The notes under the pieces: generated by a model | What the model saw: the letters and a program-made list of their open reading frames with translations, nothing else | The model's database searches: none | Told to the model about the DNA's origin: nothing | Part shown: one piece after another, positions 35,051-48,900 of the stretch | Layout: each line of letters begins with the position of its first letter | How positions within the stretch are numbered: the stretch's first letter is position 1 | Made by a program: the position numbers and the translations under genes | Assembly: GCA_001643675.2 (NCBI GenBank) | Contig: LSRY02000015.1 | Location: 1,426,001 to 1,490,000, forward strand | From: Monocercomonoides exilis PA203 | Lineage: Eukaryota; Protista; Preaxostyla | DNA: 64,000 nt | Direction: 5' to 3'

Positions 35051-38000
35051 TTAAGAGTTTTCATTTTCTTTAATTTCATCCTCTTCTTCATCAACAAACT
35101 TTATCTTCAGTTGAGGCTCGTCTTTTCTTCTTCTTGATGATCCCCAATCCACCTTGTCATATCGTATGAAGCCTTTTCTCTTTGCAAATTCCGTCTCATC
35201 CATATAAACAGCGCAGTTCTCTTTAAATGTTGCAAGACACAGCGTATCCGATCCGCTGTCTGCATCAGGAACTGGTATATCCAGAAATTCTGGATGGAAC
35301 ACGGTGGGGTGAAGCGAAATGCTTGGTGGCTGCATACTTTGAGGAGACGAAGACGAAGAAGAAGGAGGAACACGTCGCTGGGGTGGAGGACGATACATTG
35401 GATGAGAAGGAGGTATTTGCTGTCTGTTATCAAAGAACATCACATAGTCACCGTCCCGAACAGTCAAGCGAGGCGGCTTAAATCCTCCTTGTTTTCCTTT
35501 GTTGCCTTGCTGATTTCCTGCTTTGCCATTTTGATTCTTTTTGCCTTCTTTTGCTGGCTCTGCTCCTTTCGTGTTCAAAGTTGTCCACTAATCACCACGA
35601 CAAATAAAATAAATGAATAAATTGAAATATAATCAGATAAACAAAAAGTCATTTCAAAAATACATAAGCAGTTTAGAATAAGAATTTAAAATATCTGAAA
35701 TAAGAAGGGAAAAAAAAACTTCAACAAACCTGCGAATTGTTAAAAGAATACTGCGAAAGAACTAAGTTCTGAGGAGGAATTCCTGTGAATGCAGAAATGA
35801 AAAGACTGAGGGCATGTGGAGTCGGCTCTGTTCCAGCTGGAAACACAATCGGCCCAGCAGAATGAAGAATAAACGGCGAATCATTTAACGCATCGTATCC
35901 TTTGGATTTCTCCTTTTTGATTGATGATTCTTCTTTGGATTCTTTTGCTTTTTGGTCTTCCTTCTTTTCTATGTCTTTTTGTGATTCCTCTTTCTTTTCT
36001 TCATTTTGATGATCTGCATCTTTCTTTTCATCATTTTTCTTCTCCGATTCCTCTTCTCCTTCTTTTCGAATCCACACAGCTTTTGTTTCTTTGTTTTTAC
36101 TTTCTTCTTTTTGCTTCTGCGCTCCAGAGTAATTCTTATTGCTCTCCTGCTTCATTTTCTGTATTTGTTCCTGTACCATTTTCGTTTGAGCGCTTTGCTC
36201 AGGACGCAATTTCAGCTCAAACAAGAAGAGCAGCACCGATTCAAACTGAGACTCGACATTCAAATCCAACGGGGTGTCAGTCACTTGCACAGCGATGTGC
36301 ATATCGTCATTAAAACCGTTTCGCAACAAAGGCAGCAGACGCATCGATCGAACATTCTTCTTTTCGCTGGCTTGCTCCTTTTGCGATCCTTCCTTTGACT
36401 TGTCGTTGTGATTGTTTTCTTCTTTTTCCTTTTCAGTTAATGCATCCACGTCCGAAAACTTCGTTCGAGGATCTGTGCTGACATACTCGGTAGTTCTTTT
36501 GACAATCACTTCGCCATCATCAAAAATAGCCTCCACATCGTCTGAATCGTCCTCTTCCTCTTTTTGAGCACTCTTCTCGGAAATGTCCATCTTCTCTTGC
36601 TCTGTTTCATTTGCCTCCTTTTTCGATTTATTATCCAAATTCTCTTTTGATTCTTCTTTTGAAGCTTCGGAGGCTCTTGCTTTCTCCTCTGATTTCTTTT
36701 TCTCCTCTTCTTCCATCTGTGACATTGTCATAGCCAGCTGCAGAAGTGCATCGTCATCACCCTCAATTGTGACGCCTTCGCTTCCAACAACCGCTTTTCC
36801 TCCATTCGTTTCGTTTCCTTCTTTTTTCAGCGACATCTTAATTGATTCTTCGATTATTCTTTGCTCCCGTATCTCCTTCTTCATCTCCTTTGACTTTTTC
36901 TGATTTTGCTTCTGCTGATGAGGCATTATTCTTTGTTTCGATTTGCCCAGTAGTTTTGTAACTTTGTGGTCGTGCAATTCCATAAGTCGAATGTGAACAG
37001 TTGGAGAAATAAGCATCTCTTCCTCTTGTTTATTGGTTGATGAAGATGAATTTTCACTTTTTATTCCTTTTTCTTCATTCAGCTTCTGCCTCTCCTTCAC
37101 AATCATCTCTTCGATCTTGTTGTGTTCTCTCGCAACGGCAGAGAACAAAACCGGCTGAATTGTCGTTGTTATTGTTCGTATCAGCGAATCCACACTTTCC
37201 ACTCCAGACACATCCAACTGCTGCACCAGCGGAATCAGCACAAATGGCGGTGGAGGAGGACACGCAGACGCACGCTTCGTGTGAAGCCCCCATCCATCAG
37301 GAAGCTTTACCATTGTCTCACACACATCTGACTCGGTGCTTTCTTCACTGGATGAAGAATCATTCTTTTCACCCTGAACGCCATTTTGGGATTCAACTGA
37401 ATGCTTTTCAGGTTCAGCTTGTTGTTCAGATGATTCATCTTTCGCTTCATTATCCTCATTCGTTTTATCAGATATTTCTTTCATTCTTCTCTGTGCTTCA
37501 TCAACTATCGGGTCACCCAACGCATTCTTTGTTAGTGCCTCTCTCTTCACATATAGAGGAACAGTCATTGAATTATCTGAAGAATTCACAAGCGAATAAA
37601 TCGCTCCTGTTCCGTCCAGATCCTTCTGCTCAGATAACTCCTCTTGCGCTTTCAGCAGAACTGATGCCGTTTCACCTTCAGCCAGAAGCCTTGGGAATCT
37701 TCCGGGAATGACAACTTCAGGAATTGATGGTTGCTCGCCCAGAAGAGAAGAAATGGCATCAGATGAAGATTGATTTGATTGAGTTGAGGATACGAGAGGA
37801 TCAAACAGATTTGTGGAAAGATGAACGTTAGTTGAATCTTCTGTTGCCTTTTCGTCTTTGTTTTCTTTGTCTGCATCAGATTCACCAGATTCAATCTGTT
37901 TCAATTCTTTGCCATCAACTTTGATCTCGCTTTTCGTGTTTCCTCTTCCAAATCGGTGTTTAATTGGAAACATCGAAAACGAGTCTGCTTCAATCGGTGT

Positions 38001-41000
38001 TCCTGTCACAGGCACCAGCAACGAAATACGAAAAGTGAGCTGCGAACGAAGCGGTGGTTTGCCTCTCTGAATGAAGATGAGATCGCCCTCTTGAACGTGG
38101 TTCTGCCGCACAGTCGCATCCTCCTTTGAAAGAAGCCGCCCTCTCGCCCCGAAGATGTCGGAGGTGTACAGCCGGCAGAAGTCGACTGGGAACTCGACAA
38201 TTTGCGCAATGGCAACTTTGCTAAAAAAAGAAATAAGAGGATTACCAAAAATTTATGAAGAAATAAAAATGAAAGTATTTTTTTAATTTTTTGTTAATTA
38301 GAATATTTAGAATTAAAAAAAAATCTTAAATAAATAATAATCGTGAATGTGAAAACACACCAAGCAGAAAGCGGCCCATTCGCATCGACAATAACAGTCC
38401 CTTCTGGAATGACAAACGGAACGTCGTTTCCTTCAACAGCTGGCGGATCGTCTTTGGACTTCAGCACTTTGAACTTGATCTTAATCAAGTCGGGCGGAAG
38501 CGGCTTGTCTTTAAACAGATTGCGCGCAAATTCTGCATCTGACTCAAACCCTGGAGGTGGAAGAGGCGGCGCCTGCGGAATACTCTGCTTGCCTGCAGCT
38601 GACGGCACAATCAGATCACCTGCCATCGAAGCAGAAGACGAAGACACACAGTCAGATGTGGACAAGCCGTGATCACCTCGCGTCTGTCCTTCAGCAAATG
38701 GAGATATAAGCGCGTAGAATCTTTCCCAGTCTTTGATCCCAGAGTGGATGACGTATTTGTAGTCGTCCTTCACCTCTGACCCAACTCCATTCATCTGCTG
38801 CGTGCGGAACAGGCGCGGCAGACACCACGCTGTCAGATTCGCATTCACTGCTTCACTAAATGCTGTCCCTGCCTTCATTTCAACTGGAGCATTGTCAACT
38901 TCTTTTTCTCCTTCTCCTTTAGCGGCTGCTGGCTTATCGTCCTTCTTTTCAGCCTCTTGGTTTTCTTGATTTTTGCTCTCGTCTTTTGCTGAATCGGCAT
39001 TATTCTCTGTGTTTTGTCGTTTTTCCTCGCTTTTCTCTGAGGAATTAGTTTTTTCTGCTTCTTCCGCTTTTACTTCTTTATCATTCTTTCCTTCACTTTT
39101 TGGCATTTCTTCAATCTTCTTTTCATCCACCTTGTGGTTTTCTGACATCCTTTCCTCTGTTATCATTTCATTGATAAACGCCTTCAGGATTATCCGCTTC
39201 AGCTCCAAAATGGTCAAATCTGACGGAAAAGTCATAAACAGCATCTGCTGCCTGTCAAAAGTGGCTGGCCGCGAAATCGCCGTGAGGGCGTCTGTGTGCG
39301 ACGGAAGCTGCAAAGGCACAATAAACAGGCACATCGGCATGTTTCCCTCGGCTGCATTGGAAGAAGAAGAAGATGATGATGATGACGTCTTTCCACCCAA
39401 CGAAGTGTTTGAGACAGCAGTCATCGGGTCGTTGATGAGCTCTCCAGGGAAGCACTTGAACGAGGCAGCAGAAGAGAACACATAAGTTGACACTCTCTTG
39501 CCCAGCCCCATTTCTGACAGCTCTTTCGGCGTCAGGCTGCTCATTGCAACGCCGCCGCTGCCGAACAAGCGGTCCAACAGAGGTGTGTCTTTGAGCGGCT
39601 GTGGCAGCACAAGAATCGTCGAGTTGCTCATCGGAAACGGAAGGTCTGCAAATTGGATGCCTCCGTCGATGTCAGTCAGCACTTTCCTTCGCTTGATTTG
39701 AGTGGTGGTGCTCTTCTTGTCTTTCTCTTCCTTCTTCTCACCTTCTTTGGATTCTTTGGATTCTTCTTCTTTCTTCTCTTCCTCAAGCACGGTTGTCTGA
39801 TATTTCACCACTTTCTCTCCATTCTCGTTTATCTGATGTGTCACAGACAAAACAAGATCACCCACTTCCCAATGTGCTCCGCCTCGATATTTCGACCTCA
39901 GCACATAAATATACATGTCTGAGTCATCTTTCTTTTCTTTTTTTGAGTCTTCATTCTCATTTGCCTCACTTTCGCCTTGTGTTCCATCCGAATTCGTTGC
40001 TTTCTCCTTCTCCTGCTCTTTCCCTTTCCCACCTTTCCCTTTCTTTTTGCTCTCTTCTTCTTCCTCTTCCAGAATCTCCCTCCTCTTCTGCTGAATCGTG
40101 TGGTGCCTCAGCCGCTCCACTGCCATCCACAGCGGCGTTCGCAAATCAACATCCCAGCTGACGTCGTGTTTGTCTCTTTTATCTCCTCTCTTTGGCTGAC
40201 TTCGATACGACTGCAAAACTGGATGCTTTTCACGGACAAGTGGGGGAAGCTCTTCTTCTTCTTTCTCTTTCTCTTTCTCTTTCTCTTTTTCATCTTCTTT
40301 CTTGTCTTCATCTGCCTCTTTCTCTTTCTCTTCTCCTTCCTTCGCTTTCCTCTCCTGCTCTGCCACATTCTTCTCTCTCTCTTTCCTCTGCGCTTCCATC
40401 TCCTCCGCCAGCGTCTGTGGTTTGCGTCCCGTTCCCTGTTGCGACTCTTGTTTCAGCAGCTTGCAAGATGTGGGAAGTAATATGCGATACGTAAATCGCT
40501 GCATCTTCAGCGTCATGAGTTCTCTTCGCAAAGTTGAGCAGACATTTTGCAGCGACAGCTCGAAGTGCAAATGAGGGGGAATGACAGACGCATCGCCAAT
40601 TCGAGCAAAAGGAACAGAAGATGGGAGGATTGTGCTTGGATGAGGAGATGGAGCGGGGGAAGAGGAAGGCTTTGATTGTTGTGATGGAGAAGGGGATGGA
40701 GATGCTTGTGAAGTTGTTGCATCTGAATTCATTTCTGAAGATGAAGATGAAGAAGAAGATGAACTTGAAATCTTTCCATTTTCATCAACAACCACATCGT
40801 CCCATCCTCCCAATCTTATCTCCTTCACCGGCTCTTTCCCTTCCGCACCTTCAGGCGCCAGCTTTCTGTACAGCAGCAGATATGCTGTGCCTGATGACCC
40901 CTGAAACGAGTTTGTGACAACCTGAGGAGAAATACGAGTGACTGAGGAGTCATTGAAGTCGTACCACGCACCGCAGACTTTCTCCAACAGAACAGCGGGG

Positions 41001-43970
41001 TCTGTGTGTGAGCTGAAGTGCTTGTATTCCACTCCTGCTGCGATGGAAGAATATTCGGATTGGGCTGATTCTGCTTCTGCTTCGTGTTCTTCTTTGACTT
41101 CTGCTTCTTTATTCTCGTCAGAATTGGATTTTGTCTCTGAATTAGAAGTGTCGCCATTTGTCTCAGCAGCTTTTGATTCAGTTTCCGCTTTGCCATTTTC
41201 TTCTTTCTTTTCATTTGCACCTTCTTTTTCTTGTTCTTTCTCTTTCTCTTTCTCCTTTTCCTTCTCCTTCTCCTCCTTCTTTTCCAGCCCAGTTAATGTT
41301 CCTTTCCCCTCGTGATGCACATCCCTCACAAATGCATGATAATGACCACCAAACGCTCCACCTGAATGGCACACAACACCCGCCAGCTCATATAAAAACG
41401 GCGACTCCCAATTCACTTCAGGAAATGGAATACCCGCAAACCTGTTGTAGTTTGCAAGTGTGGTTGATGGCTTCCCCGAAGAAGAGGAAGAGGAAGAAGA
41501 AGATGAAGAATTGTTTGATCCATCGGCATTTGAACCAACATCATTTCTGCTGTCGAGCGAAGCAGCCAGCGCCATCTGCAGCGCCGTTTGCTCATCCAGG
41601 GCAATCGGCTGCATTTCTCCTTTCTTCTCAATCATTTGCCATTTGTCGTCCTTCTGCGCGTTCTTCTTTTTCTGCGCGTTCTTTCGGTCTTTCAGCCACG
41701 GCTTCGCATCTTTCCCTGCTCCTCTTCCTCCTTTTCCTCCATTTTTATCTTCCTTTTTCTCTTCCTTTTTGTCATTTTCTCCTTCTTTCGCATCGTCTTT
41801 GTTATTCTCCTTTTCTTTGTCCTCTTCTTTATCCTTTCCATTTTCCTGCTCATTTCCTGTTTTTTCTCCACCTTCTTCCTTTTTCCCGTTTGCTTTCTGA
41901 GCTGCATTTTGCTCCTTCTTTCTTTTGCGTTCAAGCGCCTTTGCCATTTCTACCTCTTTCTTCTCTCGCGCTTCTTTCGCTTTCCGCTCTTCTTCCAGTT
42001 TTTCTGCTTTCCTCTTCCCTTTTTCACTCAAATCTCGCAGAATTGCATAGGCCTCTCTCATCGCCTCTGTTCCATACAGCTGGCGTGGTTGAGAAGAAGC
42101 AAAAGCATAAGAAGAAGAAGAAGAAGAACCAGCGTCTGCAGTTGAATCCTTCTTCGAGTCTTCATTTTTTCCTGCTTCTCCTTCTCCTCCTTCTTCTTCC
42201 CCATTCTTTGTGCTCAGCCCCATTTCCGCCTTCACCTCATCGTCCACATACGGTGCCATGTCCAGAATGAACGGAAACGACACATAACCAGAAATTTTGA
42301 TCCGTGAATCCTTATCCCAGTCGTAGTAGAAGCGGTTGAGGGCGAGTGTGAGGAGATGCGGGAGCTGCTTGAATGTGGTGTACATTTGTGCATCCACCTT
42401 CTCATCACATGCAGAGCAGTGGTATTTGTTGTCTCCCTCGAGCATCGACTTCATCGTGATGGCCTTCAGCGACTCTTCAATCGACGACACCTCCACCGCC
42501 TTCATGCGGCCTCCTTCGTAGCTTTCCAGCCGCAGCGGCAGGTTCACGTCGAGAAAGGGCTCCAGCAGCGACGAGATGTGTCCACACGACAGGCACCGCT
42601 TGTTGTTGCCGAAGAAGCCGCGGTACTCCCTCTCGATCAGCTGCGCGAAGCGGGAGCGCTTCAGCGACTGCTCGAGCACGTCAAAGAGGATGCGGTTCAG
42701 CTCCATGATGTCCTGCTGGTCGCGCGCCTCGTTGTTCTCCCAGCCGAACGACGTCGTCAGGTCGGTCGTGCCAACAGCCAGCTCGTCACTCAGCAGCAGC
42801 CGCGTGAACAGCCGCTGCAGCTCAAAGGGAATCCGGAAGCGCACTTTCTTCACTGACGGAAGGTCGCTTTTATCCGCTAGCGCACGCTCGAGCTGCGATT
42901 CTTTTCCTTTTGAAGAAGAGGAAGAAGAAGAAGAAGACGAAGGAGGAGGTGGTGCTGACACGCAGGATGCTGCAGTCTCCAAACGTTTGAGCTCTGCCTC
43001 AATGTCCTTTGCCAACTGCTGGCTAAGATCGAACTTGTCTTCGATCCATTGGAATTCTTTCGCTTCTTTCTTTGCCTCTTTCGCACCGCCCTTCTCTTTT
43101 TCGCTCTTCAATGTCTCTTTTTTGGAGTCTTCTTGTGCTGCAAAAGTTGCAGTTTGAAAGGCTGCGGCGAGATCTTCGTTATCATCAAACAAAAGGCACA
43201 TGTCACTGCTAGCTGTAGTTTTTTCCTGCGTGCTCGTTGAAAGGTTTGATGTTTGATCTTTTTGCATGTCTAAGCAGACTTTATCTTGGGGAATGACTTC
43301 GTTTTTATTTGTTGATTCTTTCTCAATTTCTTGTTCCACTTGCATTCCATCTCTTATAGGTTCTAATATTTTATTTTCGTTAGACGAAGAAGAGTTATTA
43401 GCTCCTTCAAGTTCTTTTTTGTATGATAAAAGCTCACTCTCAGACGGTACAGGAAAATCACTTTCCAACGAAGAAGCTAAAGCAAGAAGATCATTTGCCT
43501 TTTCAGAACAAAATGGTTTGCTTAGGGCTTCTTGGTTATGATGAACCTTTATAATTGAAACATAAAAAATTGAGGATAAATGAATAAACAAAATAAAAAT
43601 TTCAAACAAGTCCCAATTCCTCTTGGGTCAACGAAACAATCGACGAACGGATTTCTGGTGTCATAAAAAGCAATTGTATCAGACTGTTAAGGTAGCACGT
43701 TGCTCCTCTTTTGAAATTTTGAAATTGGAAATACAAATTTTTGAAGGAAAATCAAATTAAAAATAAGAAAAAACTGATACAAAACTGATTTTGAAGTCCT
43801 ACAAAACCGGATGCAGCTCGCTTCGACGAGGGAATTTGTGGCAAGTGACGAGTGGCAGGCGTTGAGTCAGTTGCACCTGGTGCTTCATTGGCATTATCTT
43901 CTTCAAACATGTTTCCCATGATAGACTCAAGACCTTCTTCAGCTGGATCATCAAAAAATCCTTCGAGCAT
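35051..43970 (-). CDS. USP40: Ubiquitin-specific protease, USP40-like (5 exons, ~2832 aa)
   Basis: GT-AG introns at 43785-43708, 43607-43547, 38360-38221 and 35729-35588 give an 8499-nt in-frame CDS. Cys box GLQNQGATCYLNSLIQ is restored by splicing; QQDIMELNRILF, His box HSGGAFGGHYHAF and WYDFNDSSV are present. MGNMFEED, SLTQEELGL and LQRLF..LLL..DLTTSFGW match USP40-family signatures as I recall them. Confidence 0.88.
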
Positions 43971-44336
43971 CTTATTAACGTTGTTTAGAAGTAAATTTTT
44001 ATCTGATGAGAAATGAGAAAATGTTTTGGTTACGATCAAGAAAAAGAGTTTTGGAAGAAAAACTTGCGATATTTTTTCCAATAACTTTGACTGTCAAATA
44101 TTTAAAATATGTTGTAAGAACAAAAAACAAAACTTTTGAATGAAAAAATAATTTCACAATTAAATAGGCTGAATGAAAATTAATGAAATGAAAAAGTGCA
44201 AAAGCTGTGCACATTCATCCAAAGAGCAATAAATATGATGCAATGCAAACGATGGTAAGAAGTGACGTCAAAAAAAAAACTGAACGATCAATTAGAAACG
44301 ATTTTTAATCATGAAATGTTTATTATGTGATTTTTG

Positions 44337-45173
44337 TTAAAAAGATGTCTCTATTTCATCTGTTTCTACAAGCCTTCCCTCATCCTGAAGAAGGCCAAGA
44401 TACGGCTCTTTCATAGTTCCTGTGCAGTGCTGTAAAACAAATTTTAAAATATTTGAAAAAAATAAATTTTTTGTAATGAAATCTATTCACACAATTTCTC
44501 CATGCAAATGTGTAGTATTAAATATGCGAAGCCGAACCAACGATCCAGATTGCAATTTTGAGCCATCTTCGTGAGTGTAGCACTGAGGATATTCATCTGG
44601 TTGAAATGTAAAATCCGGAGGGAAAAGCTGAAATAAAACATATTTCATAAAAATATTTTTTTAGACAAATACAATAAACAAAATACCCCTTTTCCAATGA
44701 ATACAATACACGGTCCCACAGATACATAAAGTCCAAGCTGAAGAAAAATAAAAATTTCAAAAATACATTTAAAAATACATTTAAAAATATTTATGGAGAC
44801 GTTGAAACCTTTGTAACTCGATCAACAGTTCCATCGACAACTTCACCCACGAACGGATGAAATATAATTGCATTAAATTTGACGGTAAACACTGCCACTC
44901 CCGTACCAGCTCTTATAATTCCTTCACTTATTGAGAGAACCTTTTGAATGGCAACAATAAACCCATATCGAGCAGACAACGAAGTGGACATCTCACGCTT
45001 CAATTTTTCGAATATGTAATCATGTATTTGAGGGCTAAATGCTTGAGGAGGAACTTCAACAATTTGTATTAATTCTTTCTTTAAAATCAACAATACATTT
45101 TTCATATTTCGTTATATATCAATACAACAATAATACACAAAAAAATAAATCATATGCATACTAGTAAATACAT
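44337..45173 (-). CDS. RPB7: DNA-directed RNA polymerase II subunit RPB7 (5 exons, 186 aa)
   Basis: Exons 45173-45162, 45078-44809, 44737-44687, 44627-44493 and 44429-44337, with four phase-0 GT-AG introns. Motifs YGFIVAI, F.VKFNAIIFHPFVGEVVDGTV..V.KLGLYVSVGP and GTMKEPYLG. Confidence 0.92.
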
Positions 45174-45920
45174 AAATTTCTCTTCTAAAATAAAAAAATA
45201 AATACTATTAAAGTTAAATTCACAAATAATGGTCATTCAGAAAATTATGATGATTTCATTTTTCACATTTTAAAAAAATAACTACTTTATGTTAACAGAA
45301 GAAAAAAAATATTTTCAAAAAAAATTTATTATCGTTTTTGAAATTTAACTTGAATGAAACAAAAGCAACAAATTAGAAAGAATCTTCTTTCAAAATGATA
45401 TTTGATAAGAGTTCTAATTTTTTATAATTCCAGATTGAAATAAATACGAAAAAAAAATTAAATAAAGATATTATTTTTATTATAATAAATTTAATAAATC
45501 AGATACAATTAAATTTTCTGCAATTCCTCAAGGACCGAAGTCCCACAGTTAATGATTTTGCTTTCACTAAGGCTTTTTTGATGAATGCTTTGAAAAAAAA
45601 AATGATGAAGCCAAACGATGAAATGAAGGCATCTATATAATTACAACAGCAACTGTCAATATATTTTCAGAGATGCAGCAACACCATCCGTATGGTTGCT
45701 CCACTCTTCTTTCTCTTGTCATTGAAGTCACATCGTTTTGTCAAGCAAAGCTGTTCAGCCACGACTTTTGTCCCGTTTGCGGTTCTTGCTTGCTCCGCTA
45801 AATCAAAACTCCCTCTGCTAGCTCACGTTTTGCCCACTTCTCTCAATCGATTCACTATATGTCAGTGCAAACAATGAAGCAGTTTCCATGCAAATGTTTT
45901 TCACCCGTGACGCTTGTGCA

Positions 45921-48900
45921 TCACTCTCGATCTCTACGCTCAGGCCTTACAAGTGAGTAAATTGAGCTCTCATTATAAATCGTCCTGCTTGATCCACTTT
46001 CATTGCTGGCCTTGCTCCTATCTTCTACCCCGCTGCCAATGTCAATCGCATCTGAAATCGTCAGTGTCACTGCACCTGGCGGAAACCGCTGAATGAACTC
46101 TCGTTTCATCTCAACAAGCGTCGGCCGGCTCTTGCTCTCTTCCAACAAGCACCGCTCCACGATCCCTCTCATCGACGGATCTCCAATCTTCTCAACCCTT
46201 GGTCGCTCCCCATTCACTATCTTCTGCCCAGCCACTTCTGCTTCATAGTCTCCAAATGGGATTTGAAGGGTCAAGCACTCCCACAGCATCATCCCAATCG
46301 AAAAGGCAACTGACTCCTTTGTTGCCCCCATCTTCTTGTTGATATGCAGCTCAGGCGCCTTCCACCTCAGGCACTCTTTTTTGAAACTATCTTCTTCCTC
46401 AAAGGCAGATGAGGGCAGAGAGTCTTCATCATCATCATTGCCACTGGCAGATGTCACAACGGTTGATGATGAAATGGATGATGAATCTGAATCATCATCT
46501 AGTAAAATATCAGAATGCATCACAATGCAGATGACCATGTGCTCGGAGAAGAGAACAATGTGCGGACTCAGATTATTCAATGATTGAAGAGGGTTTTCCA
46601 TCTCATCAAATGAATGGAGTGAGAGATTAGCCACCCAGAACAGGATCTGAGCAGCTGTTTGCTCCCTCTCTTGAAGACTTCCAATCGCCATCTCTTTTGT
46701 CTTATTCCTCCCATGCAGGAGCATGAACAATGAATCCCTCAAATCCACAATCAGCTTCTCATGAGGCGATGAACAGGCCATTGCATCAACCAAGTTCGAC
46801 ATCGACGAGGTTGTAGGACACAAATCCTCCCCTCGAACAAATGTTGAATCTGAATCAGTTGAGCAAGTGGAAGAAATTGATGGCGAAGGTGTTCTCTTCC
46901 TTATCTCTTCTTCTTCATCTTTCTCCGACATCCATTGAGGGATCTTGTCTGAGTCTCTTCCAAGGATATATTCAGTTGATCCACTCTCGGAGAGAAGATG
47001 CTCTGAAGACTCTGAGTGTCCCAAGCTTTTCTCATACACTCTCTTCTTCATCCTCTCATCATTCTTCTTCTCAGCCTCTCTTTCTGCTCTTCTCCACTGC
47101 TCCTCAGGTGACATCTCCATCGTAACCATCTCAAATGCTTTGGGATCTTTTCTGATGTTGTCATTCACAATCTCTTGCAATTCCTCATTTCTTTCCTTCA
47201 CTTTCCTCCATCGAACAATAAATAAAATAAATCCAATCAGAACAATCAACAATATGATGCCCATGATTATCACAATCAACAACCAATACGATTTCCCTTC
47301 TTTTCCTCCTTCAACAATCCTTTCATCTCCATTAGCCTTGGGCTCACTTCTGTTCTTCAGAATGAAAGAATCAGTGGATGATGGGTTTTTGGCATTTCCA
47401 AACAGAATGCTCACTCTCACCTCTTCCTCATCTCCTGCCTCACGAATTATCTCCCTTTTCAGCCTCCCTTCGACTTCTGTCTCTGAAGCATATTCACTTT
47501 CATCAAACTCATATTTCTCTATCTGCTTTTCATCGCCCATCTGTTTCACAATCATGAATGACAAGTTGCAAGGCAGCAGAAGCTTCCCTTTGAATACAAT
47601 CTCCATTTCTGCTCCTTTCTCATTTGCTTCAACACTCTCCAACACTGGGATGAAAAATGAAGATGCTCTTTCAGAAATAATCCCTTCAAAGCTGCATCCA
47701 TAATTCAACATCCAAAGTGATGTGTTTCTTTCCCATCCATCTCCTCCTTTCAGACTCATCACATTCAATGTTCCAGAATCTGAACAGATGATATTTCTTC
47801 TCAGTGATGGGTAATTTGCTATTGATGGATTGCTATTCAAAAACTCTCCTTTCTCAATTATCGCATTTCCTCCACTCACTGTCATCCCTCCCTTTGAGGA
47901 GTTGCAGATTGTTGTGTCTTTTATCATTACAGAACTCTTCGAAAAATCAACAACTGAACCATTCCACTGACAGATCTTATTACTCACACCATTTATTTCT
48001 TCGGTATTATCAGCCATGCTTCCCTCAAACTGGCACAAATCCATCAAAGCACTTTCTGCCAAAGCAATTGCCACTTGGCTTCCTTTCACACAATCTGATA
48101 TGCACTCACGAATAGAGCAGTTGCACATCTCCAAGCCGGCCAGAGGTTGAGTTGCGCAAACAACACTAGGCCTGGATGCTAATCGGCTGATATTTGTGAA
48201 TGATGATAACGCCAAAGATAAAACGAGTGAAGAATGGCCATTTTCAAATGAGATAAGGCTTCTATCTTGGAGAGAAATGTTTGTGGCTGCCAACTTTGAA
48301 ATTATCACTTTCTCGTTCTTTCCACATTCAATCGCTGAGCTTGTGCATTGGGCATTGCAAACAGTCAGATCTTCAAATGTTGCTCTTTCTGAGCACAATA
48401 TCTGAAACATGGACTTTGAAAATTTCAAGCACCCAACACCACATCGATCTGCCTCAAATATCCCATTTTCAACAACCAGCAGAGAAAAGTCAAAAAGGGT
48501 TTGTGAATTCTCCATTGATCCGCTCTCTGATAAGAATGAAACAGATTCGAGAATTAGAGATCCATTCGCTTGGTGTATTAAGCACGGGCAGACAACATTC
48601 TGCATTACACCAAAAACAAATGAAACTTTCTCAATTCGAACAGTCTCTGATGTTGTCACAACTCCATCAGCCAAGCTCATCTCATTCACTTTTATCTCAG
48701 CATTCCTGCTTGCCTCCATCGACTTGATTGTCACCTTTTGAGCTGAGCATGAACCAGTTAGTGTTGTCTCATTCCATATCAGCAGCTGCGAATAATCCGA
48801 TGGAATGATGTGGCTCACCCCAACATTCAGCGATGAGCATGCACCCTTCATTTCCCCACAGTTCTTGCTGTTGCTGCTGTTCCCCACAATCGATGACACA

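Noticed and set aside
35921-43541. Many plus-strand ORFs (up to 370 aa) antisense to USP40, and antisense ORFs over the receptor genes
   Set aside because: F/S/L-rich shadows of purine-rich coding strands with no independent motifs.
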